Assembly: GCA_034780895.1 (NCBI GenBank)
Contig: JAUZTB010000001.1
Coordinates: 45,888,633 to 45,952,433 of the forward strand
Direction of reading: 5' to 3'
DNA length: 63,801 nucleotides
Origin: Rhynchobatus australiae
Lineage: Eukaryota
Shown: positions 51,736 to 63,801 of the stretch, in pieces
Layout of the letters: each line of letters starts with the position of its first letter
Position numbering within the stretch: position 1 is the first letter of the stretch
The notes under the pieces: generated by a model
What the model saw: the letters and a program-made list of their open reading frames with translations, nothing else
What the model was told of the DNA's origin: nothing
Databases searched by the model: none
Made by a program: the position numbers and the translations under genes

Positions 51736-54700
51736 AAACATATTCAAGGGTTATAGAGGTGAGCATGTTCCTGTTCTATCCGACACCCACAGAATTATGT
51801 TTTCTTGTGTGGATTTATGGATGATATCTAGGACCCAGCACTCTGCTTGTGTCCTCTTTGTAAGTCCAAGGGTGCGGACTGCAATTGTGGCATCTTTGCT
51901 GCCACCTAACAGATAAAACGGCAAAGACTGCTGATGAAATCAAAGACCTTCTGGTCAGCATTTCTCAGCAGCATAATGAATTTACCAGAAGGGAATATTT
52001 TTCCCTATGTAAGTGGGAGAAAATCTTGCCCATTTCCACCACCATTCAAATCTCATGCAGAATAGATAAATACCTCAGTTTAAAGAATCCTTCCATTTTC
52101 TGTAGGACCACTGTCATTTGATGAAGGAAAATGCAATAAAATTAATTAATGTTGTGGATTTTGAATCACCTTGAAGGTATTGTTTCTTTGTTCACATTTT
52201 CACATTTTAGTATATTCTGGTTGATGCCACAGTTGCCATCAGCATCCGTGCTATGTTTCTATATTACCATAGTTCTACTTATTATCAGCTGTACAAAGCA
52301 AACATTTTGGGGTTAATTTGCCTTGTCTTCTGACCCCAACCACTTTCAATCCCAGCTCTCTCATCAGTCTCCACTATTAATGTGGTAAAAAAAGGTGAGA
52401 AAGAAAGCATTATCCCTTTGGCACAAAATGTATTTGGATTGGTCTAATTAGCATTTATATGTTTGTGCCACAGAGTTGAATTGAGGCCAAAGTGTTATTT
52501 ATGTTAAGTCATTCGGTACTTTTTTTTCTTTTGAAGCTTAATATGGCACAAAGGAGAGCAAACATGTTTAGGTTTTTAATGATTTCTACATTTCACACAG
52601 CACAGGCAAATGTGATTAAGCAAGTCTTGAATCTCAATCTATCCTGTACTATTAATTTTTATGAATATAAATAATACTAAATATGTAGTTGATGTATCCT
52701 GACATTTTAAAATATGTTCCTCTACACACACTAGACCAGGCGTGGAATGTTCAGTCTTATATCACTGTCGGAATGGTATTAGACCAGATGGTTGATTCAT
52801 TGTGGAATCAAGAAGCAAGATAATTTATGCAGTTTTGTATATTGTGTACTGTGAATTCAAAGAGTTCATGGTGTGCACACATGTAATGCTGCTCCTCTGC
52901 ACCAGTAAAGCATAAGTAAGAAAAGGTTGGAGACTATTTACAATTTTGGATTTACAAGGAGCCCTGAAGGATTCCTCAAAATTAAAACCATAACAATTTG
53001 CATTTAATTGACTCAACAAGCATTTTTCAAGCATCTTTTCTTACTATTTGATACCTGGCGTTTCATGTTGAAAGTTTTGCTATTCTAATGAATTATTCAG
53101 CCTTTTGCTTTGCATTCAGTGAAAATATTTGACTAAGTAGCCCATTAACCCATGTTATTTTGCTGTGCTGATAATATGGCAGAATTGTCTCTTTTTCCAT
53201 TTCTGAACTAATATTGACCTTGACCTTTCATGAATGCTTCTTCTTTAAAGACCAGCATTTTTTTAATTGAATATGATTTGGTTGTAGAATATTGTTCAAA
53301 CCTATGGAAATAATTCAACTGGAGGATGACAATGCTAACCAACAAATAGATGAACACAATCTTAGGCCTGTTATTCCAACCAGAATATAGGCTTGTGACA
53401 ATGAAATTCTTCAGCATGTTTTAGCAAACAGGAACAAATACTGCAGCTTCTGGGAGCTGCAATAGAGAAGGGGATGTTTTCAATGTTAATGAAGGAGAAA
53501 CATGCTATAAAGGTAGAATTTGCTTTCATCTGTTCAGAATTACTGTATGATATTAAATGGATTACAGAAGACACAGTACTATAATCAGTTGAAAAATACA
53601 AAATTCATTTTCATTTTATTTTTGATCAGTTCTTCCCAGATGCCTCTGAAAATGCCCCGTGGCTGTTTTGTGCAAAGGCTCCTGTCTGAGGAGGAGGATT
53701 GTTCATATGCAGAAAGCATCATTGGCAGAATTTGAAGTGGAAATTTCAGTGCCGGGTGAAGCGAATTCCCTAGGTTGCAGCACACTGATCATTTTGATAT
53801 GAACACTTGGAGACCCCAGGTTCTATCTGGAGGTACATTATCATTCAAGTGTGATACTGCATGAATGCAAATTACTGATGTCAGTCACAAGGAAAGTACG
53901 AACAAGATACAGAGACACTCTTTAGCTGTGTATTTGCTGTTTATGATTTCATAAAATGTTCCAGATCATTGCAGTTTTTTTACATGTTGAATTAATTTTG
54001 CCCATTCTATTTACAAAGCTCCTGTTACATGTGCACACATTAAGAATGAAACCTAGATGTAATTGCAGTACTTCAGAATTACAGTCACATTCAGAAAGCC
54101 CTGGTTCAATGCATTTCCTGGAATGATAGAATCAGCAACCTTCATAGACTGAGTTTCACCACTTGTCAACTGGAACATTGCTCTCTCGCTCTCTGAGGGA
54201 AGGGAAAACTGATGGGACTGATTCCACAACCCAGAAGTGCATCTGCTCTTGATGTGTCAGTGAGAGCAGCCACAAAAATCACTCTGCATCACAGAACGTC
54301 CCTCAGTAGGCAAAAGCTGGTAGTGAATGTTAGTGGTAGAGGACACAGGAACTTAAATGATAGGGTACATGATATTGCATATAAGCTGATCCATATTTAT
54401 ATAGAGTTTTAAGTATCACTTATAAACTGCTTCGACAGGTAAATATTGAATAATGAGATTTTAAACTAATCTGTTTAGAAGGACAGTTACAAAATTTGTA
54501 TTCATCAGACAGGAAAAACAATTGCTAGTCTGCTTTGGAAGTACACATTATGTGTAATGTTGAAGTCAAGATAGAAACTCTAAATATTTTACGAAGAGCA
54601 GAATAGGCTTTGTAAAAATAATGGAAAAAGGTTCTCCCAGGAATATGTGCATGAAAACAGAGCAGATACAGGCAGAGAACAGTTGAAGGCAAAAGACTTA

Positions 54701-54861
54701 ACCAAGCATGCTGCCTCAAATGTATTGAACACGATTTTATATATGTTGTGTCCAGCATGTTTCTGTCACACTCCAGTCATTGTATTTTGTTTTATTTATT
54801 TGAATGTACAAAGTTCCCTGAAATGGCACTCACTTAATAGCTCCTTAACTTTAAAACCCTA

Positions 54862-55500
54862 AACAGCAGCAAGCGCTTGTATTTATGTAGCACCTTTAAT
54901 ATAATCAAATGTCTCATGTAGTATAATCAGATAAAAATTGATGCCAAGCCAACCAAAGAGATATTTGAACAGGCTGTATATGTTAAAAGAAAAGAGAGAG
55001 GCAGGGATGGTAATGGAATTGCCAATGGTGGGGCAAGGAAGTACCAGAGCTCAGGAACTCCAAAGCCTCTGAGAGCACAAGGGATGGTCGATGTCTGAGA
55101 GAAAGGGAAGCATGACATCATGGAAGGATTTGAATGAGATGAGGAGTTTTAAATCAGAATCAGGTTTATTATCACTGACATATGTCATGAAATTTGTTAT
55201 TTTGCAGCAGCAGTTCAGTGCGAGACATGAAATTTACCATAAGTTACAAAAATAAATAAATAGTGCAGAAAAGGAATAACGAGGTAGTGTTCATGGGTTC
55301 ATTAACTGTTCAGAAATCTGATGGCGGAGGGGAAGAAGCTATTCCTGAAACGTCGAGTGTGGGTCTTCAGGTTCCTGTACCTCCTCCCCGATGGTAGTAA
55401 TGTGTTGTATGTTTAAGAGCCAATGTGAGAACAGGAATTATGATGAAGAGGAGTTAGGCTGAGTTAGGACATGGAGCATCAGATAAACTTTATGATTATG
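54862..55500 (-). mobile_element. L2 LINE 3' region, interrupted by a Rex element
   Basis: aacagcagc...cttgtatttatgtagcacctttaat is the reverse of the L2 terminus. L2-like sequence resumes at ~55410 (gagccaatgtgag...gagttaggacatggagcatcag). Confidence 0.65.
55152..55403 (-). mobile_element. Rex1/Babar 3' end (second subfamily, (TTCTGA)n tail)
   Basis: aatcagaatcaggtttattatcactgacatatg tail. The ORF end reads LLPSGRRYRNLKTHTRRFRNSFFPSAIRFLN on the minus strand. Confidence 0.9.
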
Positions 55501-55679
55501 GAGTATAAGAGAAAATTGATCCCTTCTATGCCTACCTTGTGTGGCTTTACTGTTGGGTTTTCAGTAGGCCAGTAAGGAACCTTCGGATCCAGTCCAGGTA
55601 CCATGGGCATGCAAGGACCGGAGAGGAAAGTTCCAGGTAGCTGCCCAGTTCCAGCAAGAACCAGGCTATTAACTCCATT

Positions 55680-55775
55680 TTCCTTCCACAAATGCTGTCT
55701 AGCCTGATGGGTGTTTCCAGCCTATCTGCCTTTATTTCAGAATTCCAGCATCCTCAGCATTTTGAATTTGTATTA
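55680..55775 (+). mobile_element. PLE terminal-repeat fragment
   Basis: ccacaaatgctgtctagcctgatgggtgtttccagc...tttatttcagaattccagcatc. Confidence 0.6.
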
Positions 55776-57234
55776 CTATTTTTATAAAGCTCTTATGAAT
55801 GTTGCAGTGCTTCTAAATTTATTTGCAAGCTAGGAACATAACTCCACCCTCGCATCTCAATAATACATGCTTCATTCCTTATAAAGCAACACAGTATCCA
55901 AATTACCAAGAGCAATACCAAAGGATTTCCATTAATAGACTGAGTGCTGTGTGCTACAGAGCACAGTGACATGTTTGATTTTTATCCTGCTGCAGCACAA
56001 CAAATCTTACATTCATTTGCTAAAGTCACACAACCCCATAAAGGTTAAATGTATTTTAATATTTAATTTTAAACATGCCTTCAATAATCTTTCTGAATTG
56101 TAGTACCTCTTCTGTTAAATCTTACTGATTAAACCATATTAAGAACAATAGATGTGCAATAAGATTCTATGTCCTCATAAATTAGGATTAATAAACCAAG
56201 TCTCAAACATGTCCTTTTCTATTAAAATCTAAGGTCCTCTATTTTCAAGTTTAAATAAATATTAATTGTCTGAAATGTACCTAAATATGAGCAGAAAAGG
56301 TGTTGAGGCTTTAACAGTGCTTCCCATGCAATCACCCTTCATTGTGAGCTATGTCTTTCTGCTACAGCTGTGTTCAGTCAAGTGAGACTTTAATTTGCTG
56401 CACAGTGCCACAGTATTAATAGACAATTATTTATAGCAAACGTGGTTCATTTATACTGTTTTATTAGCTGACACGGTGGAGAATTTAGATTCAAATGTTA
56501 ATGTATTCATGACATGGCAGAATTTCATTTTATAATAAATTTCAAAATTGTTACACCTTCCAGCAAGGAAATGAACTCCAAAGATGACAGAAAACAGAAT
56601 GTGAGGATTATGGTGAGATCGTATGAAAGGGGTTAAGTTAATCACTCTATAGCCGCTTCCAAATTACCACAAAGCCTTAACTAAAACAGAAACGCCTGCT
56701 GAAACACTTCTCATACCGGCAACTGAATATGTTAAACACAGAAAGGTTTCACTTGCAGAGTTCCAAACCACTGTCTCAACCTACAAGGAAGCATTTATTG
56801 ACTGAATCTTTTTTTTGACCAAGGTTCTGGATTAAATTTTTTGTGGGTGTTAAGATTCCAAAAAAAAACCATACCGAAACTGAATGATTTTATCTGTGTC
56901 AAAGTCCCTCAATAAAGTCTTATATTCATTTTATTCAAAAAAAATCCTTGTAACCACACTCCATGAATAATAAATGATGCAGCAGATGTATGGAGACTGA
57001 TGGAGAGTGGAAGCAATGTGGTGACTGAAACCATGATAACCTATGAGTGGCACATCACTTCCACAGTGAGAGAGCACAAATTGCCATCCATGTGAGGTCA
57101 CTAACATACAGCGAAGAACTTCTTAATTTTTACTTCTATTTTCTAAAATCAAATGAATTAGTAAACCCAGGAGCAGGAAGGAGAGAATAGTGAAACCGAG
57201 ACTTCTTTCTTACTTTTTCAGGATCTCACTGTCA

Positions 57235-57695
57235 CTGTTATGGCCAGCATTTCTTGGCCATCCCCAATAGTGCTCGAGATATTGGAAGTGAGCTGCCTTC
57301 TTGAACCACCTCGGTCCTTCTGGTGAATGTTCTCCCACAGAGCTGTTGGGGGTGGAACTTCAGGATTTAGACCCAGAGACAATGAAGGAAGTGCAATGTT
57401 GTTTCCAAGGATGGTATGAAACATGGAAGGGAACCTGTAGGTGGTGATGCCCCCATTCTTCTGAAGCCTTTGATCTTTCAATGATGGAGAATGCAGGTCT
57501 GAGAGGTGCTGTTGGAGTAGCCTAGGCAATTGTAGATGGTATATACAGCAGCCACTCTGTATCATTAGTGGAGGAGATGAATGCCTAGGGTGGTGGATGT
57601 GCTACCAATCAAATAGCTGCTTTGTCCTGCTTCTTGGGACTGCATTCAGGTGGGGAGAATTTCATTGTACTCCTAGGTGAATACCTGCACCAGCC
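57235..57695 (-). mobile_element. CR1/L2-group LINE 3' end (7315-type)
   Basis: ggccagcatttcttggccatcccc...gagctgccttcttgaaccac...accaatcaaatagctgctttgtcctg is the reverse homologue of 7315-7785. Confidence 0.8.
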
Positions 57696-57830
57696 GTGAC
57701 ACTTTATATTGTTACTGATTTTACCCTGTACTACCTCAATGAACTCTGTAATGAATTGATCTGTATGAACAGTATGCAAGTTTTTCACTGTACCCAGGTA
57801 CAAGTGACAATAATAAACCAATACCCATAT
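57696..57830 (+). mobile_element. Rex1/Babar 3' UTR fragment
   Basis: ttttcactgtacccaggtacaagtgacaataataaaccaatac, as at 38621-38746. Confidence 0.85.
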
Positions 57831-57859
57831 AATCCATCTGCCTCTGGTTTGAGAGTGAA

Positions 57860-58050
57860 GATTCCCATCACTGTCTGTAAGGAGTTTGTGCATTCTCCTG
57901 TGTCTACATAAGTTTCCTCTGGGTGCTCTGGTTTCCTCCAACATTCTAAAGACATACAGATAGGCTATTTGGGGTTTAAAATAGGCAGTGTGGACTCATT
58001 GAGCCAGAAGGGCCAGTTACCACACTGTAAATAAAGTTTTTTTTAAAAAA
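57860..58050 (+). mobile_element. V-SINE, short CR1-type tail
   Basis: ctgtctgtaaggagtttgtgcattctcc...gtttcctctgggtgctctggtttcctcc...gagccagaagggccagttaccacactgtaaataaa. Confidence 0.85.
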
Positions 58051-59029
58051 ATATGTCACAATGTTGATCAAGAGCAAACTCACAGAGAACCCAAATGCAG
58101 CACACCAATACAAGACTGGAGTCAGGATACNNNNNNNNNNNNNNNNNNNNNNNNNNNNNNNNNNNNNNNNNNNNNNNNNNNNNNNNNNNNNNNNNNNNNN
58201 NNNNNNNNNNNNNNNNNNNNNNNNNNNNNNGGTACTTATGCTAGGCCCCTGATGGGGCTCAGGTGAGTATCATTATACAATCAGTCCAGCATGGAATCCA
58301 TGTGCTGGACAACAAGGCATTAAAGGAGGCAAATTGAGGGCCAGAACTCAGAACCATGACAAAATGTAATTTAAATTTTAAAAAAATTTAAAAACTGATC
58401 AGCTAGAACACTAATAAGTCAAATCCCAGTTTCCCTATTTATCAACAGGCACAATCTCCTTACATCCCCTGTCACTGACAAACAGTGTACTCTAGGCCAT
58501 AATACGATCATTGTTTCTACCACAGAATAAACATTCCAAATCCAACTGGGAATTAAAATGATGCTGTTTTGCCCAGGCACCTCAGTTGATCGCCACTCAG
58601 CATTCCCTGGTACTTTCCTTCTCTGTGCCTTTACCTGGCCTGTCGAAATATCTCATGGCCACAGACTGGCTTCTGTGCAAAATGTTGATGTCCTGTCCTT
58701 GACCAGCACACAGTTGGTTGAGTGGCAGCAGCCTGTGATGGTTAAGTATCAGGCAACAGAAAGGACACTGGCCCAGTGGCAGTGATGTGATCATAAAATC
58801 GAAAGGAGGATGGTGGGTTCATTCTCTATGTCCAAGGCAGCACTTCAGCCTGTGTTAATCTGCATCATGTTCATGACCATAAGTATATGAACTCACCACC
58901 AACATTTGGCATGGAAAGGATGGTCTCCAAGCTCTGTGCAAAAACCCTGTGACAAGTCGATGCTGGTCCCTTTTGGTCCTTAACATTAAATCCAGACTTT
59001 CCAACAGTCTACTCACCCTGTGTAGAGAT

Positions 59030-59290
59030 ATGGTAGCATAATGCTTGGGCAAGTATCCAGAGGCTTGGATTACTGAGCCAAGGAGATGTATTCAAATCCC
59101 ACTATGGTGGATTTAAAATGAGGCAATTAAATAAATCTGCAACAAAAATACTAGCATTTAACTTTTGGGTTCCTGTAGAAAGCCATGTGATGTACTTTAA
59201 GGACAGGAATCAGCCACATTAACTTGAGGACCAGGAGGAGGAAAATGATGAGGAGGAGGGGGGGTGGTGTTATATATGACTCCAAACTTG
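59030..59290 (+). mobile_element. tRNA-derived SINE (second family), decayed
   Basis: atccagaggcttgg...tattcaaatcccactatggtg...aataaatctg, homologous to 46620-46945. Confidence 0.55.
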
Positions 59291-59684
59291 CTGATATGGT
59301 AGGGATGATAAGCACACACGGGCAATGCTGCTGAAGTTGTGTGCTTTACCAGCTGCTCTCTGGCAAGAGAGAATGAATTGCATCATGGAAGGGATACTGT
59401 AAATATCTACTGCTGCAGTATAAAAGGAGCCTTACAAGATTCTTCAGCACCTGACACCACACTCCCTGTACACAATAACAACTTCGAAGAGCTCTAGGTA
59501 GCACCTGTCATTATGGAATTGCATTGACCGTGAATAGAAAATACTCAGCCAATAACTTGCAAATAGTAATATTCTTAAATTGTGTTGTGTGATGGGAAAG
59601 GGGGTTGGGTGGTTGGGGTTGGTAGTGAGAGACCTCTCTGGCTCTGAGCATGTACACTTGTATATTAGGAGGTGACATGTTAGG

Positions 59685-60005
59685 TCACATGGTGGTGCAG
59701 TAATTAACACCATTACTTCACAGCAGCTTGGGTGGTGTCTGTGAGGAGTTTGTTTTTACTCCTTGGGACAACGGGGGTTTCTGCTGACGCTCTGTCTTCC
59801 TCGCACGTGGTCAGTCAAATGATGACTCTATGTTATGCCTTAATGTAGGCAAGTGGAAAAAAATCAAAGGAGAGTTGATGGGTATGTGAGATTAAGTTGC
59901 GGGACTACAGGGGAAGTAAGAAGAGGAGGAATGGGACCGGTGGGATTTCTCTGTTGGGACCTGGTATGGACCTAAGGGGTGGAATGACCTCTTCTGTGCC
60001 ACAGT
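59685..60005 (+). mobile_element. V-SINE, long subfamily, decayed
   Basis: atggtggtgcagtaattaacacc head, tgtctgtgaggagtttg, aatcaaaggagagttgatgg (shared with 46365-46385), and tail gaatgacctcttctgtgcc. Confidence 0.7.
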
Positions 60006-60289
60006 AGCTGAAATCCAGAATTCCGAGTCAGCAACACCAAATGCAGTCATAATCCACAAGGGTTGGGTCTGCACATGCCAGCTCCCTTACCAACATGCTA
60101 ACTGGCTTGGCTTGTGCAACAAATGGGCACAATCTTCTTTCGCCTTATTGCAACGAAGACAGAACCAATTGTACCTAATCAACAGGTGCCAAGAAGCTGA
60201 ATTTTGGGATCAATATCTGGTAACACAGAAACTAGCAAAGTATGGACTACAACATTACAAAGGGCCATTGAGCAGTTGTGTAACAGATG

Positions 60290-61005
60290 GATTTCAACAT
60301 AGGGAACTGTGAAATCATTTCTTTTTGACCACTAAGATAGATCTGAGTGTTATCTAACTTGTAAAACGCTCAAAACAATGGGGGATTCAAGGAATTTTGG
60401 ACCACTATGTATACAGGTCATAGAATAGCTAGGTATGAAAATAATTATTTCGATAATGGAATATTAGCTTTGAAACTGTTGGCATAAAATATTAAAAGCT
60501 CAAACATTGCCACAGCTATATAACAGGTCAAACGATATGTGGACTACCTTGTATGGTTCCAAAATCATCTCTGCTTCCTTAGACAGCACACATTGGCCTT
60601 GGGGAAAATACAGCAGAGGTTCATCGAAAATACTTGATTGTGAGGAAAGATAACAGAAATTGTACTCTCTGGAGTATAAGAGGCAAAGGAGTGGTTTGTT
60701 TGAGGTTTTGGGATTTTGAAAGAAATCCAAAGGGTAAAGGGAGTGAAACTCTTTCCACTGGTGAGTAGTCCTTGACCAGATTCTCTATCCTTAAAAGCAA
60801 AGCCAGGGTATTGAGGAGAGTTTAAGAAATTCTTCATATGCAAAGAATGATAGAAATATTTTTAAATCTATAAGTGATGGAATTTTGCCAGCCAATATTA
60901 CAAAGGAACATACATCCAAGGTGGTTTGTCTGAGCTATGATCTTAATGTCTAACAGAGCAGACTTGATCGTCTGAATGGCTTGTTCATCCAATTGTTCTT
61001 CGTTC
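60290..61005 (+). mobile_element. Decayed CR1 3' region
   Basis: LYSLEYKRQRSGLFEVL, KLFPLVSS and FKKFFICK remnants, with tail agagcagacttgatcgtctgaatggcttg. Confidence 0.7.
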
Positions 61006-63519
61006 TGAACTACATGGATAAGGCTAATCCCTCCTGCTGCACTTGGAAAGGAAGGCAGTTTTTATGAAGCCAATAAGCCTTCACAGAAAGGTAGCTCTTA
61101 AAAACAGAGCCTCTACCAGCTATGTGTAACTCAAGAAGTTAAAAACAGGAATGAGGCTTGCACGGAGAGGCACTCCATTCACTATCTGGGCAGAAATATC
61201 TTTCCTTGACAAATGCTCTGTGCACATATACTCCAGTTAGTGCAGAGAACAGCAGGGGAGGCACCCAGCCAGCAGTATGATTGAAGATACTTCATTAAGG
61301 TTGGGACATGACGCCTCAAATGCTGGCTTGGCTGTTGATATTCAATGCAAACACAACCTTGGTCTCACTTCAGAGATAAACGAGGAATAATAAATTAGGT
61401 TAAGATGTAATTCTTTCCTTTTCATGATCAGCATATTTCTCATCACATAAGAGGCCATTCAGCCCACTGAGTCTGTGCAATTCTCAGGGAAACCCCATCA
61501 CTCTCATTTTTCCAATAATTTCCTGGTAATTTGGTTTCCCTCAAATACTAAGTTGCTGACAGCCCATGGAAGTTTATTTTGCCAGAGATGAAATACATAA
61601 TATCCCCTCTCCCTAGGGACGCAAGTCTCTTATCCAAGCTCAGAGAGTTAATCAAAGGCTGGGCGAGCTAAAGCTTGAGGATGTCCAAGTGCAGATGGAG
61701 CCTTGGAGTTAACCCAGCTCAAAACCATACAGTTAACCTATTGATAAATTCTTCTGTTTGTCTGTTTAGGAACACCCAATCCATTTGGGCTTTGGTTGCC
61801 TGGGTATTAGAATCATTTCTGTTTCCAATGGCAGGTTCATCCTTTCAGGTCTCACACTTGGTGCAAGCAATAGTAAAATCATGGCCTATTGCGTACCTGC
61901 TAAACCTCTACAGAGGATTGACTTGATTCCAATCTGCCGTTACTGTGCATACCTTCCAGGGCAACTAACTCAACATGTCTCCAAAGAGTCAATAGGTAAC
62001 CAACAAATGTGGATTTGAATCCAGACAGGGAACTGAATTACTGAGGTGAAAAACTCAACACAATATGTGCAGCCTTATTGCTAACCAACACTGTCCACAT
62101 ATTGGACACAAGCCAACCCCTCAGTTCAGGGTTCCACCTGTTGAATAAACTGAGCTTCGGGACAGCTTTCTGGAGCCGATTCTGCTGGACTTTGGATAGG
62201 TTCATCTGTGTTCTCATATCATGCCTCCTTAGCTCAAGCACTTTTAAAGGAGATGCTCTTATACATGGCCCAAGACATCAACATTCTGTCCATCTGGACC
62301 ATGGCCTCAAGCACTGATCTCTGTCTGTGCCATTAAGCAGATACATATTGCTCTGCTGACTGCATGCAAATGCAAATTCTCTTTACTATGAATCGTCATA
62401 TTAATTTATTTGCTCTCAGCTACCGTCAAGTTATTAAGTTATAAGCTCTTTTATTTCTAAGCTCTTTGCTCCGAATTACGTAAGTTTAAGCATTACATCA
62501 TTTATAGCCTGGACATTTCATCTAGTTTTAAGCAAGGCATTGAATAGGTTCTGTTTCAGCCTTGAGAAGTTACTGTGCCAAAAGCATTTATGGAGCCATT
62601 AGCTTCAAGCTGTGTGACTACATGTGGGCTGTTACCCATTCAGTCTGAGCTCTGGCTAAATTAGTTACTAATGTTCAATAACATTTAAAGAACAACTGAC
62701 AACTGTTATCCCAACCTATAACTTATCTCCTCATCAAGACTGAGCAGAATGATGTTGCGGTCCCAGTTAAAATAAATTTTTCTGTTGACTGCCTAAAGGG
62801 TTCCAGCATAAGTTAATATTTCCTGTTAAGTTGGAATCCATTTTTCAAAGCTTTAGATTTGTTGAAAAATCGTATCTCCCACAAGCAGGCAAGTTTATGC
62901 AATGACATTTAAATGTTAACTTGCTACCTATTCCTAGCAAATAGGTAATGATATCATGTAGCTCTGGCAGCTTTCCACTAAGAATAACTAGGGCAAAAGG
63001 TGGGCCACAAACACATTCACCACCAGAGATGGCACACCATGCATTTGGCTTCGATAACGCATTCATGCTGCCGCTCTCTAGACTGACAGCTTGTTAACAT
63101 GCACGTCAGTCAGAACCATAAATGAGGCAACAGCATGTTTTTTCCCATGTTAATCTGCCAACTGTGAACAGGATATGATGAAGGTCATACTGGGNNNNNN
63201 NNNNNNNNNNNNNNNNNNNNNNNNNNNNNNNNNNNNNNNNNNNNNNNNNNNNNNNNNNNNNNNNNNNNNNNNNNNNNNNNNNNNNNNNNNNNNNGGATTA
63301 ATATTCAACAGAATACTGGAGATAACAGCCATGCTCTGCTTCAGAAAACACCATGGGATTTTATATATACACTTGAGATTTTAACATCTCACTTGAAAGA
63401 AAGCATCTCCAATAGTGCAGTAAACCTTCAACCATCTGAGTCACAGATGATACCATCAAACCATCAAACCCCACTCTTCTAGTCCTGAGTTTGTTCGAAA
63501 ATAGTTTGTGTTTTACACC

Positions 63520-63700
63520 TTCATTCCTTCTGCCTCACCCTTTTTCACACATCTTTTTTTCCCCTGCCTCTACCCCACCTAAGATCTATCACATTTTTTT
63601 CAACTTTTTTTTCCAGTTCTGATGGAAGATAATCAACCTGAAACATCACCTCTGAATCTCTCCACAGGCACTTTGTAATGTGCTGACTATTTCCAGCCTT
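63520..63700 (+). mobile_element. PLE 3' terminus with a degenerate hammerhead core
   Basis: Pyrimidine-rich stretch, then ttctgatggaagataatcaacctgaaacatc...ctctccacag...tgctgactatttccagc. Confidence 0.6.
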
Positions 63701-63801
63701 TAAGGCTCTTAATACCTGGGCACAGTACAGGAATGACATGCTGATGGTGCTGGGACAAGGTGGTTTGCATCAAGAGATGGGAGAAATTTCGATCTTATTC
63801 C

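Noticed and set aside
53425-53512. AG/GT-bounded segment with two open frames
   Set aside because: Poor polypyrimidine tract, weak donor and no recognisable peptide.
62364-62377. Overlapping octamer pair ATGCAAATGCAAAT
   Set aside because: An isolated short motif in AT-rich DNA, insufficient to call a regulatory site.
63018-63036. CTCF-like ccaccagagatggcac
   Set aside because: A 2-nt insertion breaks the spacing of the CCASYAGRKGGCRS core.

Overview
This is vertebrate nuclear DNA. It is AT-rich, CpG-poor and dense in repeats, and the repeat families point to a cartilaginous fish, probably a batoid (ray/sawfish-like; inferred from remembered repeat consensus sequences, not from a search). 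I found no host protein-coding exon, rRNA, tRNA gene or CRISPR array, so the window looks like an intergenic or large-intron region. It contains: decayed non-LTR retrotransposons (Rex1/Babar, CR1, L2 and a second CR1/L2-group LINE); Penelope-like element (PLE) fragments with degenerate hammerhead-ribozyme termini; several SINE families (V-SINEs with different 3' tails, a tRNA-derived SINE, a Deu-domain-like SINE); one ancient Gypsy LTR retrotransposon split by a CR1 insertion; and a few minisatellites. Long AT-rich unique stretches carry clusters of homeodomain/Sox/POU/Fox-type motifs and may be conserved non-coding elements. There are 19 N-runs, ten of them exactly 100 nt, consistent with a scaffolded short-read assembly. 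I could not demonstrate a new biological system. The best leads are SINE/LINE tail sharing, a head-to-head PLE-terminus insert with a 14-bp target-site duplication (TSD), nested insertions and candidate regulatory elements. All family names come from recognising motifs by eye, and element boundaries are approximate.
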